Shown one piece after another: positions 37,418 to 49,963 of a DNA stretch of 64,000 nucleotides. Below the pieces are notes generated by a model, which saw only the letters and a list, made by a program, of their open reading frames with translations, searched no databases and was not told the DNA's origin. Each line of letters starts with the position of its first letter. Positions within the stretch are counted from its first letter, which is position 1. Made by a program: the position numbers and the translations under genes. This stretch comes from Eledone cirrhosa (taxonomy: Eukaryota), in the NCBI GenBank assembly GCA_964016885.1, contig OZ024741.1:267344001-267408000 (forward strand), written 5' to 3'.

Positions 37418-37786
37418 CAATATATTAATATATGGAAACTATATTTATAAAACCATAATTATTTTATTATATATATTTCAAGGGCAACCAAGGCAAATTT
37501 TGGTGCACTTTCATCAGATAAAATACAAAATTTGTTTTATAAATGTTGACATACCCGCGGAAAAACAACCGTGACGGTTGAGGGTTCTCTGGATAGTTGA
37601 GGGTTCTCTGACTATCCAGAGAACCCTCAACCGTCACGGTTGTTTTTCCGCGGGTATGTCAACATTTATAAAACAAATTTTGTATTTTATCTGATGAAAG
37701 TGCACCAAAATTTGCCTTGGTTGCCCTTGAAATATATATAATAAAATAATTATGGTTTTATAAATATAGTTTCCATTTATTAATAT

Positions 37787-37790
<4 letters not shown>
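37418..37790. repeat. Near-perfect palindrome (180-bp arms, 13-nt loop) between (TA)n runs
   Basis: 37418-37597 versus 37611-37790, one mismatch seen; the loop TGAGGGTTCTCTG duplicates 37579-37591. Confidence 0.95.
37683..37748 (+). ncRNA. Minimal type I hammerhead ribozyme (mirror at 37460-37525, minus)
   Basis: TATTTTAT-CTGATGA-AAGTGCACCAA...TTGGTTGCCCTT-GAAA-TATATA-TA-ATAAAATA: 8-bp stem I, intact core, palindromic stem III. Confidence 0.8.
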
Positions 37791-37853
<63 letters not shown>

Positions 37854-38659
37854 TAGATTTCAATCAAACACTGAATGTTAATAATGGTTCATAGGCCTGC
37901 TGTGTTTGTTCACTGATGGGGAAGTTGATAAACTACAAAGTACATCATCCTACTTAGACAAAGCTTGTCTATACAGGTTGTGTGGAGTAAATATGATAAG
38001 GATTTATCTGATAGCAGCGGAGTGGTGGCTGTTTCATTCTTGGCTTGTTATTTCTCTTATAAGGTTGTAAGGAAATGAGGTGTAGCATAGCCCCTTCAGA
38101 CTATGCTACTATGTCACTAGACCACTTTCATACTATGCCATTTCCTCACTACAAAAAATAAGTGTTGTGCTTGCTCAAAGGAATTCAGTATTTTCAGAGA
38201 GTTGTTTAATCCTTTCAGGACTATATTTCTAATGAAATACACTTTATTTCAATCAATTAATGAAGTATATGGAAGGATTTACTAAAAGTGTTAATTACAT
38301 CTTTACTAATATAGTAACTTAACTTATGGTTCTTATAGAAAATTATGTTGGAAGATATATATTTAATTAAGAAGGTGGGCTTGTTTCATAGAACCAGAGG
38401 TGGTTTTTGGCTGGATTGATATAAAAAAAGGGGATATATACAATCATCATCATCATCATCATCGTTTAACGTCCGTGTTCCATGCTTGCATGGGTTTGGA
38501 CGGGAGTTTTCCCACTTGAGGCAAGAGTGGTTGTCTTGCTCGCATAGGACTGTCTGGCGGGTTTTCTACAGTTGGATGCCCTTCCTAACACCAATATATA
38601 TATATATAACCCATGCTAGCATGGAGGATGGACGTTAAACAATGATGATGATGATGTTG

Positions 38660-39210
38660 ATAACTTTTTGAACATCTGCTTATTTGTGTGTGATCAGCCA
38701 TGTTTTGTGCATTTTCTGTTTTATGAATGAAATGGCCACATGTTTGTGAGATGTGGTTCCAGCCAGATGGCGCACCTCCTCATTACAACATTGTTGCACA
38801 CAACTGGCTTGATGAACACTTTTCACACCAGTGGATCAGACGCTGTGGTCCTATCCAGAATCCTCTTTGATCTCCTGATATTATACCTCTTGATTTTTTT
38901 ATCTGGGATGTACTGAAGAATTTAATGTTGAAAAACTGAGAAGTGTTCAGCAACTTAAAGCAAGGATAGTGAATTCTTGTGCAGAAATCAATGTCGGCTT
39001 GTGTCGACATGTATGTTATTCTGTTCTTGATAGAGCTTCAAAATATATTGAGGAATGGGGTCAGCTTTTCAAATACTTACTTCAATTATATTTTTTATTT
39101 ACTTTTGTTTGATTTATTTAAAATATCATAATGCTTGACCCGAATTTTAGTAAATAATATCATATTGAATATAAATGTTAGGCTGCCCGGTTACTTCTGG
39201 CTCATCCTGT
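38660..39210 (+). mobile_element. Decayed Tc1/mariner transposase remnant
   Basis: Translates QPDGAPPHY ... WIRRCGPI ... SPDIIPLDFF (QQDGAP and SPDLxPxDF motifs); ends ...CATCCTG|TA. Confidence 0.7.
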
Positions 39211-41947
39211 ATATAGAAATTGATGTAGCTAATGCCTAGCCTGAATATTTTCAGGGCAATGTTTGTTTGCAGGAAAAAAAAAACCTTTCCAAAATTTGTA
39301 GGACTTCCAAGACTAATGTGGTGGGAGTGGGGGAAGGAGAGGAAGAAAGTGACCTATGGATTGTTGCCACTAACCACTACTTAGTCTCTAAGTAACCCAG
39401 CAAATAGGACAGCTTCTTGAGACATTACATACATGATTGAACCTGAATCACTTCTTACTTGTAAACCCAGAGCCAGCACAACCATTAAAGCCAACTTGGC
39501 AGCTGCCTAGAGTGCATACCTCAGAGAGGTATTTTACTGAACCTTAAAGGATAAGTTTTATACAAATTTGTATAATTAAATTAAGTGTATAATAATTTCT
39601 TGCAATCAATAAATAAATAACTAAATATATTTCCTATATAGTAGCCTTGAGTTGGAAAATGCAGGCTTAGTAATGTTCTAGTGTCAAAAACTACTAGGTT
39701 CATCATCTTACCAAACTGTAAGTTGAAATTATTACAATAAAGAGAATAGGGTGCATATTGTAGAAGTAGCCTAGAATGTTAAATACCCAGGTGCTGGGTC
39801 TATGTGAACCTTTTACAAACAGCTGCATTGCATTGAGGGACATATATACAGTAGAAATCAGCAGATGAAGATATCAAACCAAAGACCTATTGAGAATGTC
39901 TGTAACAGAGCGGATAGCACTAAACACGCTCAAGGGCCAGGTGGCGATGTTAAGCTGGACAACAAATCAAGTCCACCACCTATAGTCAGATTGCTGAGTG
40001 TTTTACAGAGGAATGAAAAAATACTGTCAACAAAATCAGGTTGTATGCACTCTTGATAATTTTGTGCATGTCATTGCATTTGCAGATAACATGCATATGT
40101 CTGTTAATATGCATGTGTGTGAAGAGTTTTAACCCTTAGTGTTGTGATTTGATTTGATGTGAACTTACTAACACCATAACTCTGTGATGCCTGCATATGA
40201 AGTGCAATCTTGCATGGTAGCGAGACATGACCATTGAATGCAAAAGAGTTACAAGGAGGATTATATTACACATGTTGATTAATGTCTAGCTGATTGTTGA
40301 AAATGATCCATCGGTGGTAAAATAGAAGTAGATAAAATAAAACAGCATTTCTGTGGTCCAGGGGTTATAACATACTGCTGTGTGAATTTTTACCAATCAA
40401 CTGTGAAAGCATAGGGCCTAGTGGTTAGGGTGTCATAAGGTCATGGGTTCAGTTCCCAGACTGGATAGTATATTGCATTCTTGAACAAGATGCTTCATTT
40501 CACATCCCTTTTCATGATAGGAGAGCGATCCTATCATTAAAACACCTGGAAAACCTTCTATAAGATACAATCGTGTAGGAAGTCAGCTAAATCTACATGT
40601 ATGTGAGCTGTAAATTTCATTTTTTTCAATTTTAGCAATAATTGTAGCTGTTTAGTTTAATGTGGGACTTAATGGGTTAGACAGATGTATGATCTAAGGA
40701 ATTCCAGTCATGACCATCCTATCTATTTTTTGGGGTGTGTGTGTAGGGGGGGGGGGGGGGGTATATTGTATCTCTTGTAGAGATGGCTCTTCAGACTTGC
40801 TGAAGATATGATTATCTCTCTAGAGCAATGATAAAATGCACCCAGTACACTATTAAATTGTTGGCCAACAAACAGACAATCTAACCAAGGACAACAATCT
40901 CCCTGGTGCTGGTGTCATAATAAAATGCACCTAGTACACCCTGTAAATTGGTTGATGTTAGGAAGAGCATCCAGCCATAGAGACCATTGCAAACATGGTA
41001 CATATGAGTGATACATAGTTCCCTTATCTGTATAGAAGTAGAGTAACTTCGAATAAGATTTAACATGAACTGTGACGATCCATCCAACCCATGCCAGCAT
41101 GGAAAACAAACATAAAATGATGATGATTATGCATCCTCTTTGGGCTATAATATCCCATGCATCCTTCCATTTTTTCCAGATGGTGGTTGTTGTTGATAGC
41201 AGATTAGGATACAATATTTAGTGGGTCATTGATTCACTGATAATGGTTATAGCACGAAGAGCTACTTGATGCTACTATAGTAATTGTAATAAGAAGGGCC
41301 CAGCCCAATTAAGTAGGATTTTATTACATAATTGATATTTGTAATATTACTTGAAAAGTAATTTACTCACTTACTCTTAGACAAAGCCAGGAAGGCATTA
41401 AGTAGTAGGCTTCAAATTTTTAATGACGGATATAACACATGGAAGATAAAAAGTTATGCTTTTTACCCTGTAATTCTATTAGATCCGGCTTTATAGAGAG
41501 TGTAATCTTGTCTTTGAAGCCATAAGGCTTGCTGGTTAGGGAGTGTGGATTCACAATCATAAGATTGTGAGTTTGATTTCTGAACTCGCTGGCATATTAT
41601 GTTTTGGAGTGAGATGCTTCATTTTACATTTCTTTTTACAATAGGACCAGGGCTCTTATTAAAGCACCTGAGAAATCTCCTATAAGATACAACCTCATAG
41701 GAGGCCAGCTAAACCTGCATAAATGTTAGCTGTACCAACAACAACAACAACAACAAATGTGTGTTGATAATAGGGCTGGGGCCCTCATTAAAAAAACCCC
41801 TAAGAGATGAAACCTCATAGGTCAGCTAAACCTAGAGGTGTGAGCTCTAACGACAACCACACTGGTGCCTCTATCATTAAAACACCTAAGAAACCTTCTA
41901 TGAGATACAACTTTGTAAGAGGCCAGTTAAACCTACAGAAGTGTGAG

Positions 41948-42190
41948 CTTCTTCTTCATCCACTTATTCCTGAGAAGGTAATGGGGCAGAGTTCTTAAAC
42001 ACTCCTTCAAGCGGGTCCTGTCAGAAGCAACAATCTCCTGCTGATCTGGCTGGATCCCTAAACATGACCAACCAAGGTCATGGATGTTATCCAACCATCT
42101 TCCTCGGGGTCTATCCCTGGGTCTATTGCTAGTTGGTTTTGCCCATAAAATCTGTCCGGTCATACTTTCCTGAGACATTCTAACCATATA
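41948..42190 (-). mobile_element. 3' fragment of a different RTE family
   Basis: WAKPTSNRPRDRPRGRWLDNI..DR motif followed by a (GAA)n tail. Confidence 0.7.
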
Positions 42191-42294
42191 CCCATAGTAT
42201 CAGAAGAGGTGTGAGGTGTAAATTTAAGACACTTTATTTCACATTGTTCCAGTCAAATCAGTTTGAAAAAATGCATTGTGATGTTCCACATCAT

Positions 42295-43805
42295 ATATAG
42301 TGTATATAATGTATATATGAGTTGTGATAGACAATATTATATATAGTGTATATATGAGTTGTGATGGACAATATAAATATATATATAGTGTATATAATGT
42401 ATATATGAGTTGTGATGGACAATATAAATATATATATAGTGTATATAATGTATATATGAGTTGTGATGGACAATATAATATAAAATGAAAAATCAGTGAT
42501 GCATCTGGACTCAATTTATTGTGTGTTACAATTGTTTCGCCGGCAGACAGCTCGAGACAGGATCATTGTATGGATCTGTCTGATTCTGGAACTACAGGTT
42601 CGTCGGACACTGGCAATAATTCCGGATCAAATTTTCTCACTGGGGTGTTAGTGTCAAAAAACATCTTCCTGATTTTTCGTTTTATATTATATCACACTCT
42701 GCTCTGTAAGAACATAGAGTGCTCAACCGGCATACCACCTATGGAAGCATCATAGCTACTATCAAACACACACATATATATATATATATAGTGTATATAA
42801 TGTATATATGAGTTGTGATGGACTATATATATATATATATATATAGTGTATTTATGAGTTGTGATGGACAATATATATATATAGTGTATAAAATGTATAT
42901 ATGAGTTGTAATGGACAATATACAGGGTGCGGACAATATTTGTTCGCAAGATTACTGTCTAGGAAAAAGTAACACAGTAGTTTTATTTTTTAAGATTTAT
43001 TTATCAAACTTAGGTCAGTTTGTCTTCATGACTTGTTCTTTCGATGTCACTCGATAAACCCGTCATTGGCTTTGATGACGGCCTCAAGGCGGCCTCGGAA
43101 CCGGCTACAGGCTTTCGTCACTGTCCCCCCACTTAGGCCCCTAAAGGCACTTGTGATCCTGGCCTTCAGATCTTCTTTCGAATTGCAGCTAGATCTGTTG
43201 GTGTCCTGTTCCACTGCACCCCACACAAAGAATTTGAGGGGGTTGCAGGCAGGCGAGCTGGGAGGCCAGATGTCAGGTCAAGTGTGGTCGACGAAGTTCT
43301 CTGACAGCCAGGCTTGGGTCTTTCAGCTGGAATGGCAGGGCGCTGAGTCTTGCTGCCACACGTACGGCCTACCTGCAGCTACCTGGTCGATCCAGGACTT
43401 AACTACTTTGCTCAGAACGCGGATGTAGCCATCGGTGTTCAGCTTGAGGCCCTCAGGGAAGAAGTGAGGGGACATGACGACACCTAAGACCAATGTTGTC
43501 GCTGGAAACTTTGTCTGCATGACTCTGGGCACGTCTTTGGATGAGACAGCGAGCCACCTGTTGTTCTGGTATTATTTGTCCTCCCGGCGCGGATTCCAAG
43601 AAGAACTCCTTGTCTCTTTCGCAAATTTGGAGGTTCAAAATTATTCATAATCAATTATTCTGAATATAAATAATGGAAATATAGTCACTGTTTTTATGAA
43701 GACAAGAGTGACAATGGAAGTAAAAAAAATTTGCATAAAATTAGCAGTTGCGAACAAATATCGTCCACACCCTGTATATAGTGTATATAATGTATATATG
43801 AGTTC
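42295..43805. repeat. ~48-bp minisatellite (TATAGTGTATATAATGTATATATGAGTTGTGATGGACAA) split by insertions
   Basis: Units at 42295-42475, 42785-42920 and 43776-43805. Confidence 0.8.
42923..43774 (-). mobile_element. Internally deleted Tc1/mariner (maT-like) element with TIRs and TA target duplication
   Basis: TIRs CAGGGTGCGGACAATATTTGTTCGCAA / TTGCGAACAAATATCGTCCACACCCTG flanked by TA; transposase motifs WQQDSAPCH and WPPSSP on the minus strand. Confidence 0.9.
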
Positions 43806-44450
43806 CAATAACATTGATGCCAAGCAATATTGGTTTTTTCCCTTTCCCTTGGATAACATCGTGTTGTGGAGGAGGGGCGACATGGGTGATTGCTGGGCTT
43901 ATACAAAAAACTCAGGCTTATAGTGGTAGGTAGCTTTTAGGTGCAAACCGATGATCAGTCATGACTGATGGGGGCTGTAGGTGGAAGGGCAGATCCCATG
44001 ACCTTCAAAACTGGATCCTTGGCCCCAATTAAATAATAGAATCAGAGTGGACTCTGCTAAGGGCACCCAAAGGCTAAGCTGAGTGATGGGTTATATCTAT
44101 CAATGTCTTTAGATTCATGAAAGAGTCTTCATGAACCAACCACATGGAACTTTTAGTTATGAGGAAATAATCCAGTGAACTAACACACAATTATAACAGA
44201 TGCCACATACTTCTAACATAGCTGCATATTGAACACTCATGCTTACCAAGAGTATTTTATAAAAGGAGCAAAATGTAGTGGATTGTGTTGTAAAGTAACC
44301 CAAAACAAAAAATAAGCTAATAAATAATTGTATGTGTGTGTGATCATCATTTTACATCCTTTTTCTATGATTGCATGAGTTGGGACATGACTTTGCAAGG
44401 CAAGTTTGTTCCTATAGTCAGATGCCCTTCCTGACTATATATATATATAT

Positions 44451-44840
44451 CATCATCATCATCATCATCACTGTTTTACATCCGTTCTTCCACGCTAGCA
44501 TGGGTTAGACGGGTTGTCCTGTTGTGGGCAGTGTCCAGTCGGCTGACCTTGTCTTGCTCATACGGGAACTGATTCTGGCCTGATTTCTACAGCTGGATGC
44601 CCTTCCTAACACCAACCTCATTTACAGTAAGTGCTGGGTGCTTTTTTTGCCGTGCACCTCCACGACCACTTTGCAGTGGAATGATAGGGACCCCAGTCCT
44701 ATCATCTTATTTCTACAGCTGAGTAAACTGGAGCAATGTGAAATAAAGTGTCTTGCTCAAGGAAACAACACACCACCTGGTCCGAGTATTGAACTCACAA
44801 CTTTTCGATTGCAAGCCCAATGCTCTAACCACTAAGCCAT
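44451..44840 (-). mobile_element. tRNA-derived SINE with an RTE-type 3' tail (other copies 49603-49963, 63221-63630)
   Basis: Minus-strand head TGGCTTAGTGG (A box) and GAGTTCAAT (B box), body TTGAGCAAGACACTT, tail shared with the RTE 3' UTR ending (GAT)n. Confidence 0.85.
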
Positions 44841-44906
44841 TCTATATATATTATATAGAATAAAAATGTGAAGTAGTTGCAGATGTTAAAGTCCTTTATT
44901 GATTAG

Positions 44907-44981
44907 GCTGTGATACATATTTCAATGACGGCAGTGGCCATGTGATTCCGCGCAACCAGTGCTATGATCTCATCAGACAGC
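44907..44981 (-). ncRNA. Type I hammerhead motif
   Basis: GCTGT-CTGATGA-GAT...ATT-GAAA-TATGTA-TC-ACAGC: intact core, AUC triplet, stem II partly decayed. Confidence 0.7.
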
Positions 44982-45077
44982 TTCATTACATAATACGGTT
45001 ATGTTCTGGAGGCAATCCAAACTAAAACGACAAGGGAACGGACAAAGATGATGTTTTTGAAGCCTTTGTCCATTCCC

Positions 45078-45109
<32 letters not shown>

Positions 45110-45150
45110 CAAAACATAAAACAATCAAAATTTTGTTTAATGCATTTAAT

Positions 45151-45197
45151 TGCTGACGATCGTTTCTTCCAGACAACCGTCTGGAACCATCGGTGCA
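45151..45197 (-). ncRNA. Variant or decayed minimal hammerhead
   Basis: TGCA-CCGATGG-TTCCAGAC-GGTT-GTCTGGAA-GAAA-CGATCG-TC-AGCA: perfect 8-bp stem II, palindromic stem III, GUC triplet, two core substitutions. Confidence 0.6.
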
Positions 45198-45584
45198 TAC
45201 AGAATGTTTAAACAAGTAATTACATTCCTAGTCCTTAGAACATTCATTAAGATACATTATTATAAACAGTGTCAGTGACATGATATTGAAAAGCAAGAGT
45301 AACAAAATGATATTATAGTGAACAGATAGCAAAATACTGGGAGCTGTTGTAAAGAGGTTATTACTTAAAGTGATAATAATAGTGTGCATAAAGGTTATAC
45401 AGATGCAAAATGATAGCAAACAAATACATGATATTACAGTAAAAAGATATCAAAGTATTGAAAGGTGTTATAATAAGGGTGTAACTACAAGTGAATATAT
45501 GAAGCAAAATAAACAGAATGTTAATAGTAGCATAATGATAGCATAGATATAAATGTTAATTAATGTAAATAATATATGACAAGT

Positions 45585-45615
<31 letters not shown>

Positions 45616-45952
45616 TAATGAATTAGAAGGCAGTATGTTAGAAGTTCACCACATTATATTTTATTATGTAATCCTCAGATGCAATCTCTTCAGACAGGTT
45701 TTTACTTGCAGAAACTTTTGCGAAGTAAGTTCTTATGTGATATACCAGCTGGTGGGTTTAGATGTTGTTTCTTCACTGTTCAGCTATCAGAAGAAATTGT
45801 TTCCCTGGAGTACATAACAAATACTACTGAAATGCTTATAACAGTGACTACTTAATAAATAGAATGTGGAGAAACTCTTATTATCTTCTAATTTATTACT
45901 CCACCAATACTCCATACTACTAACACCTACACGATAATATAACTGTTGATAT

Positions 45953-46276
45953 CAGGGGCGGTGGAAGCATTTCTGAATTGGGGGTGCCAAATTTGGTCAA
46001 TTAAGTTGTAGTGATTAGTTTAACTCAGGGATTTTCAACCCTATTTCCAGAGAAACCTGTCTACATGCAAATTGTAAATAATATATAATAAATAAAATCA
46101 TTAATTTATATATAATAAATAATATAATATATACTATGTATAAATAAATATATATATTTTATTTTACCATATTTAGCTATATGTATCATTTGATATTTAA
46201 TATACTATTATATCATCTCTACCCCATCCCCCCACTGACCCCTTAGGACTCAGTGCTTCCCAGTTCCACCGCCTTG
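45953..46276. mobile_element. hAT-like MITE
   Basis: TIRs CAGGGGCGGTGGAA / TTCCACCGCCTTG; no clear target-site duplication. Confidence 0.45.
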
Positions 46277-46361
46277 GAGATATACTATGTCGAGTTATCA
46301 ATTTTGCAAACTCAAGTGAAAATTAACAACAGATTTATCACCACAAAATTATCATAATATA

Positions 46362-47838
46362 TATCTTTCTTTATTTGCCACAGGGGCGTACAAAAATGGG
46401 ACATTACAAGACGTGATGGCGGGGGTTTTACATAAAAATCATATAACTTTAACATTAATAAATAACAATAAACTATATATAATAAAATAACAATTGAAAT
46501 CCCCAGTAGAGGGGAACGTTACTACAGGGTTGTTTTACACCCAGTGGATAGAACAACCCTCAACACCAGGAACACGTTTTGTAGGTGTTCCCGTCTTCCC
46601 TCTGTTTATCTTCCTCAACCTACAAGTTTATATACAGAGAAGGCCCATTCACTCGGGCCATTTTCGCCACATTCACCCACCTTTCAGAGAATTTACTGGA
46701 GTGTAGCACCTCTCTCTCCACACTCACCTTCCTTCTGAAGTGGTACTTAAAGAAGGGGATAAGTTGTTGTCCGGAGAGAAAGGTGTTTGCCCTCAGTCCT
46801 TTTAACCTCGTCCACCATATTACCTCTTTCGCCATAGCCACCAGAATGAAGGCGGTGGGTTGATCCTCATGATGGTCTCGGCTGAGAACTGGATGCGTCC
46901 CACACGTGACAATAGCTGTTCGACATAATTCCACAGGTCGGTCACTCCTGGGCACTGAACAATTGCGTGTAGAACGGTTTCGATGTCCTGCTCGCATCTT
47001 GGACAGGTCCTTTTGGCAGGATCTCTGCCAGGGCGTCCGTGCCTGTAGATTTTGTCCCGAACTGGTAGAGCTCCTCGGTAGCACTGCCAAGCCAGAGACC
47101 TCTGGAAGCTATCCATAGGCCCTGGATGGAAAGTCCTCCAGAACAGACTGGTCAGTTCGTCCTCCTCGATGCCCAGAGTTTCCCCGAGAACGTCATCGCA
47201 CTTATCCTCCACTAATCCCCTATAGAATGTCGAAGTGGAATCTCCACTGATTGCCATTTCCGCTTGGTAGAGGGCTGTGAGTGCCTGTAGGCACTCGAGG
47301 TGCCAGGCACCCATTTTCGGTCTTCGCTTGACCCAGGACTGCAGCGCTGTTAGTGAGACGAGTTGTGGAAGAGCTTGTCTCACAAATGACAGCCACACCG
47401 GTTCACCGGTCAGGAATACCTGGAGATGGCGTAGCCTCAGTGCGTGTTTGCGCATCATCAGCCATGGCATGCCCAGCCCTCCATTGAAGGGTGTTGACAG
47501 CAGATGGATCTCCTCACCAATGGAGCCTGTTTCTTCCAGAGGAACTTGAAGAGTAGGCGTTCCATTTTGGTAAGGAATTCGCGGGGGGCAAGGCACGACT
47601 GTCAAGCAGAGTTTGCACTCAGCCCACTTATGGGTGAGTGCAAACACCTTCACCATGACCTCGTTCCAGTTTTTGTCCACCTGGAGGTCTGGACCAAAAC
47701 AGAGCCTGAGCAATTTCACTGGTCCTTCCGTCCAGTGTCCAACGACACTATCGGAAGGCATGGGTTTGCCTCTCCATGTGCCGAGTTGCAAATCAACAGA
47801 CTTGTTTGGGTTTAGTCTTGCTCCTGTCAACGTTTCGT
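46362..47838 (-). mobile_element. 5'-truncated L1/Tx1-type LINE (3' end of ORF2 plus 3' UTR)
   Basis: ORFs 46820-47830 and 46620-47090 match the C-terminus of 55505-58015 (GGLGMPWL, LAWQCYRGALPV, CPRC..ETVLH). Confidence 0.92.
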
Positions 47839-48610
47839 AGATGAAGTGTTAGAAGTTAAGACCAGTATAACAATTATTCAATTTAGTACTTATGAAAAGT
47901 AGAGTATATATACGGGTTGTCCCTAAAAATGTATACACACTTCAATAGCCTTCTAATAAATATGTGTATACATTTTTGGAGGGGGCACATAGTATTTTGA
48001 GAATTTTCTGCCTACACACACAACAGAATGCAAAATTCCAAGTGCCACCCTATTATGTAACACTGTTACACCGTTTTGTTTTTTTCAAATTCATAGTGAG
48101 ACTTGTATGTTTATTATATATGAACACATTGTATCTGCTTTTATATACACCCCTTTTATGAACCACACTATCTTTTTTTTTAATTTTTTTTAATTAATCC
48201 TAATCTATCAAGTTTGCACTATATGCAAATGCACACCTACAGTCAATGTTTTATTTGCATCGTATGCAAATGGTGATGTTTCATATGCAAAAATCATATA
48301 GGCTTTAGCCTATTCTTGTCTCAGTACCAAGTGAGTAAATGTCACCAATGATGGATAAAAATCCAGAAACAACTGTCTGGTATTCTCACTGTTATTGAAA
48401 TAGTTGTGACATTGGTCACTGCTTGAAAAAAATCATGGTGAGACTCTCAGATGTTTATTATACATAAGCACATTGCATATGTTTTCATAGATATCCTTAT
48501 TATGAACCACTCTATGTTAGTGCCACTTCTCTCTCTCTGTATATATATATATGTATATAAACAAGAAGTGTAAGTCAATAGGTTAAAATTAATTTCGTTT
48601 ATTCATATTC

Positions 48611-48669
48611 GCTGTTATATATATTTTGGTGATAACCATTATTCAACACCTATGACCTCATCAGACAGC
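48611..48669 (-). ncRNA. Decayed hammerhead motif (GAAA changed to AAAA)
   Basis: GCTGT-CTGATGA-GGT...ACC-AAAA-TATATA-TA-ACAGC; same stem I as the 44907 copy. Confidence 0.6.
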
Positions 48670-49602
48670 TAGAACTTCAACAGAAAAACATAATGATGGA
48701 ACAAAGTTTACCTGTTATTTCGGTCCTTTGATATGCCCTGTCCCGAAGTATGGTGTATTGTTTTCTCAAAGAATTGGTAGCAATAAAATAAAGTACCAAC
48801 TTTTCCCTTCCCTCAAATTGTTGGCCTTGTGCCTAAATCAGAAACCATTATTAATTCTGAAAGTTAGTTATTTCACTAAACCTCTCATAATTATAAACTC
48901 TTTAGGATTTAAACTGGCTATATCTGGCCAGAATTCTCTCACCTCTTCTGTTTAAACCATCTGTAACTAGCCGCTCATACTGATGTTAAGATATTGTTCT
49001 CAAAATAAATAATATCAAAATCGATATTATGTGAGATAAAGCCTTTACCGTGAAAATGTAATAGTATATATCAAGTAATGTAAATGTTAAAGGGAATTTA
49101 TTCTTATCATAAATAGGGTCTTAAAGGGTTATGTTCAGTTTTAGTTGCTGCTTGTTATTTTTTGTTTTTTTTTCATTTTTTTGCCAGTGTTACTCCATGG
49201 AATGGATCAATATTCAACAATATTGCAAGAATTTTGCTTTGATTGTATTTAACTCTGATATTCCCCAACATATATTTTGCTATTTTGCTGAAGTTAATAA
49301 AGTGAAATACAAATTATTGTCCCAATGAGGCTGCTTTGGCTAGTCCCAGAGACATTGGTCACTATTCAGCAGTTTTGTCTTTCTTTCTTTCTCCCCCCCC
49401 CCTCTCTCTATATATATTGCATAAGCAAGGCACGGTCACCTGACCTTGCATTGCCCACAACAGGACAACTTGTCTAACCCATGCTAGCATGGAAGAATGG
49501 ACGTAAAATGGTGAGGATGATGATGTTATATATATATATATTGCTTTTGTATTTATTTTGCAAGATACTTGATGTGAAATCATGTGTTGAAACATATTGA
49601 TA

Positions 49603-49963
49603 TCATCATCATCATTTTACGTCCACTTTTCCCTGCTTGCAAGGGTGGGACGGGAACTGATTCTGGCTTGATTTCTACAGCTGGATGCCCTTCCTAACAC
49701 CAACCTCATTTACAGTGAGTGCTGGGTGCTTTTAATCCGTGGCACCTACAGGTCCACTTTACAGTGTGGGCTGGGTGCTTTTTCGCCTTGCCACCTCCAC
49801 GACCACTTTGCAGTGGAATGATAGGGACCCCAGTACCCATCATATCATTTCTACAGCTGAGTAAACTGGAGCAATGTGAAATAAAGTTTCTTGCTCAAGG
49901 AAACAACACATCACCTGGTCTGAGAATTGAACTCACAACCTTTCGATTGCAAGTCCAATGCTC
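49603..49963 (-). mobile_element. tRNA-derived SINE with RTE tail
   Basis: Homologous to 44451-44840. Confidence 0.85.

Noticed and set aside
42295-42920. Regularly spaced repeats resembling a CRISPR array
   Set aside because: No unique spacers, no cas genes, eukaryotic context; it is a minisatellite.
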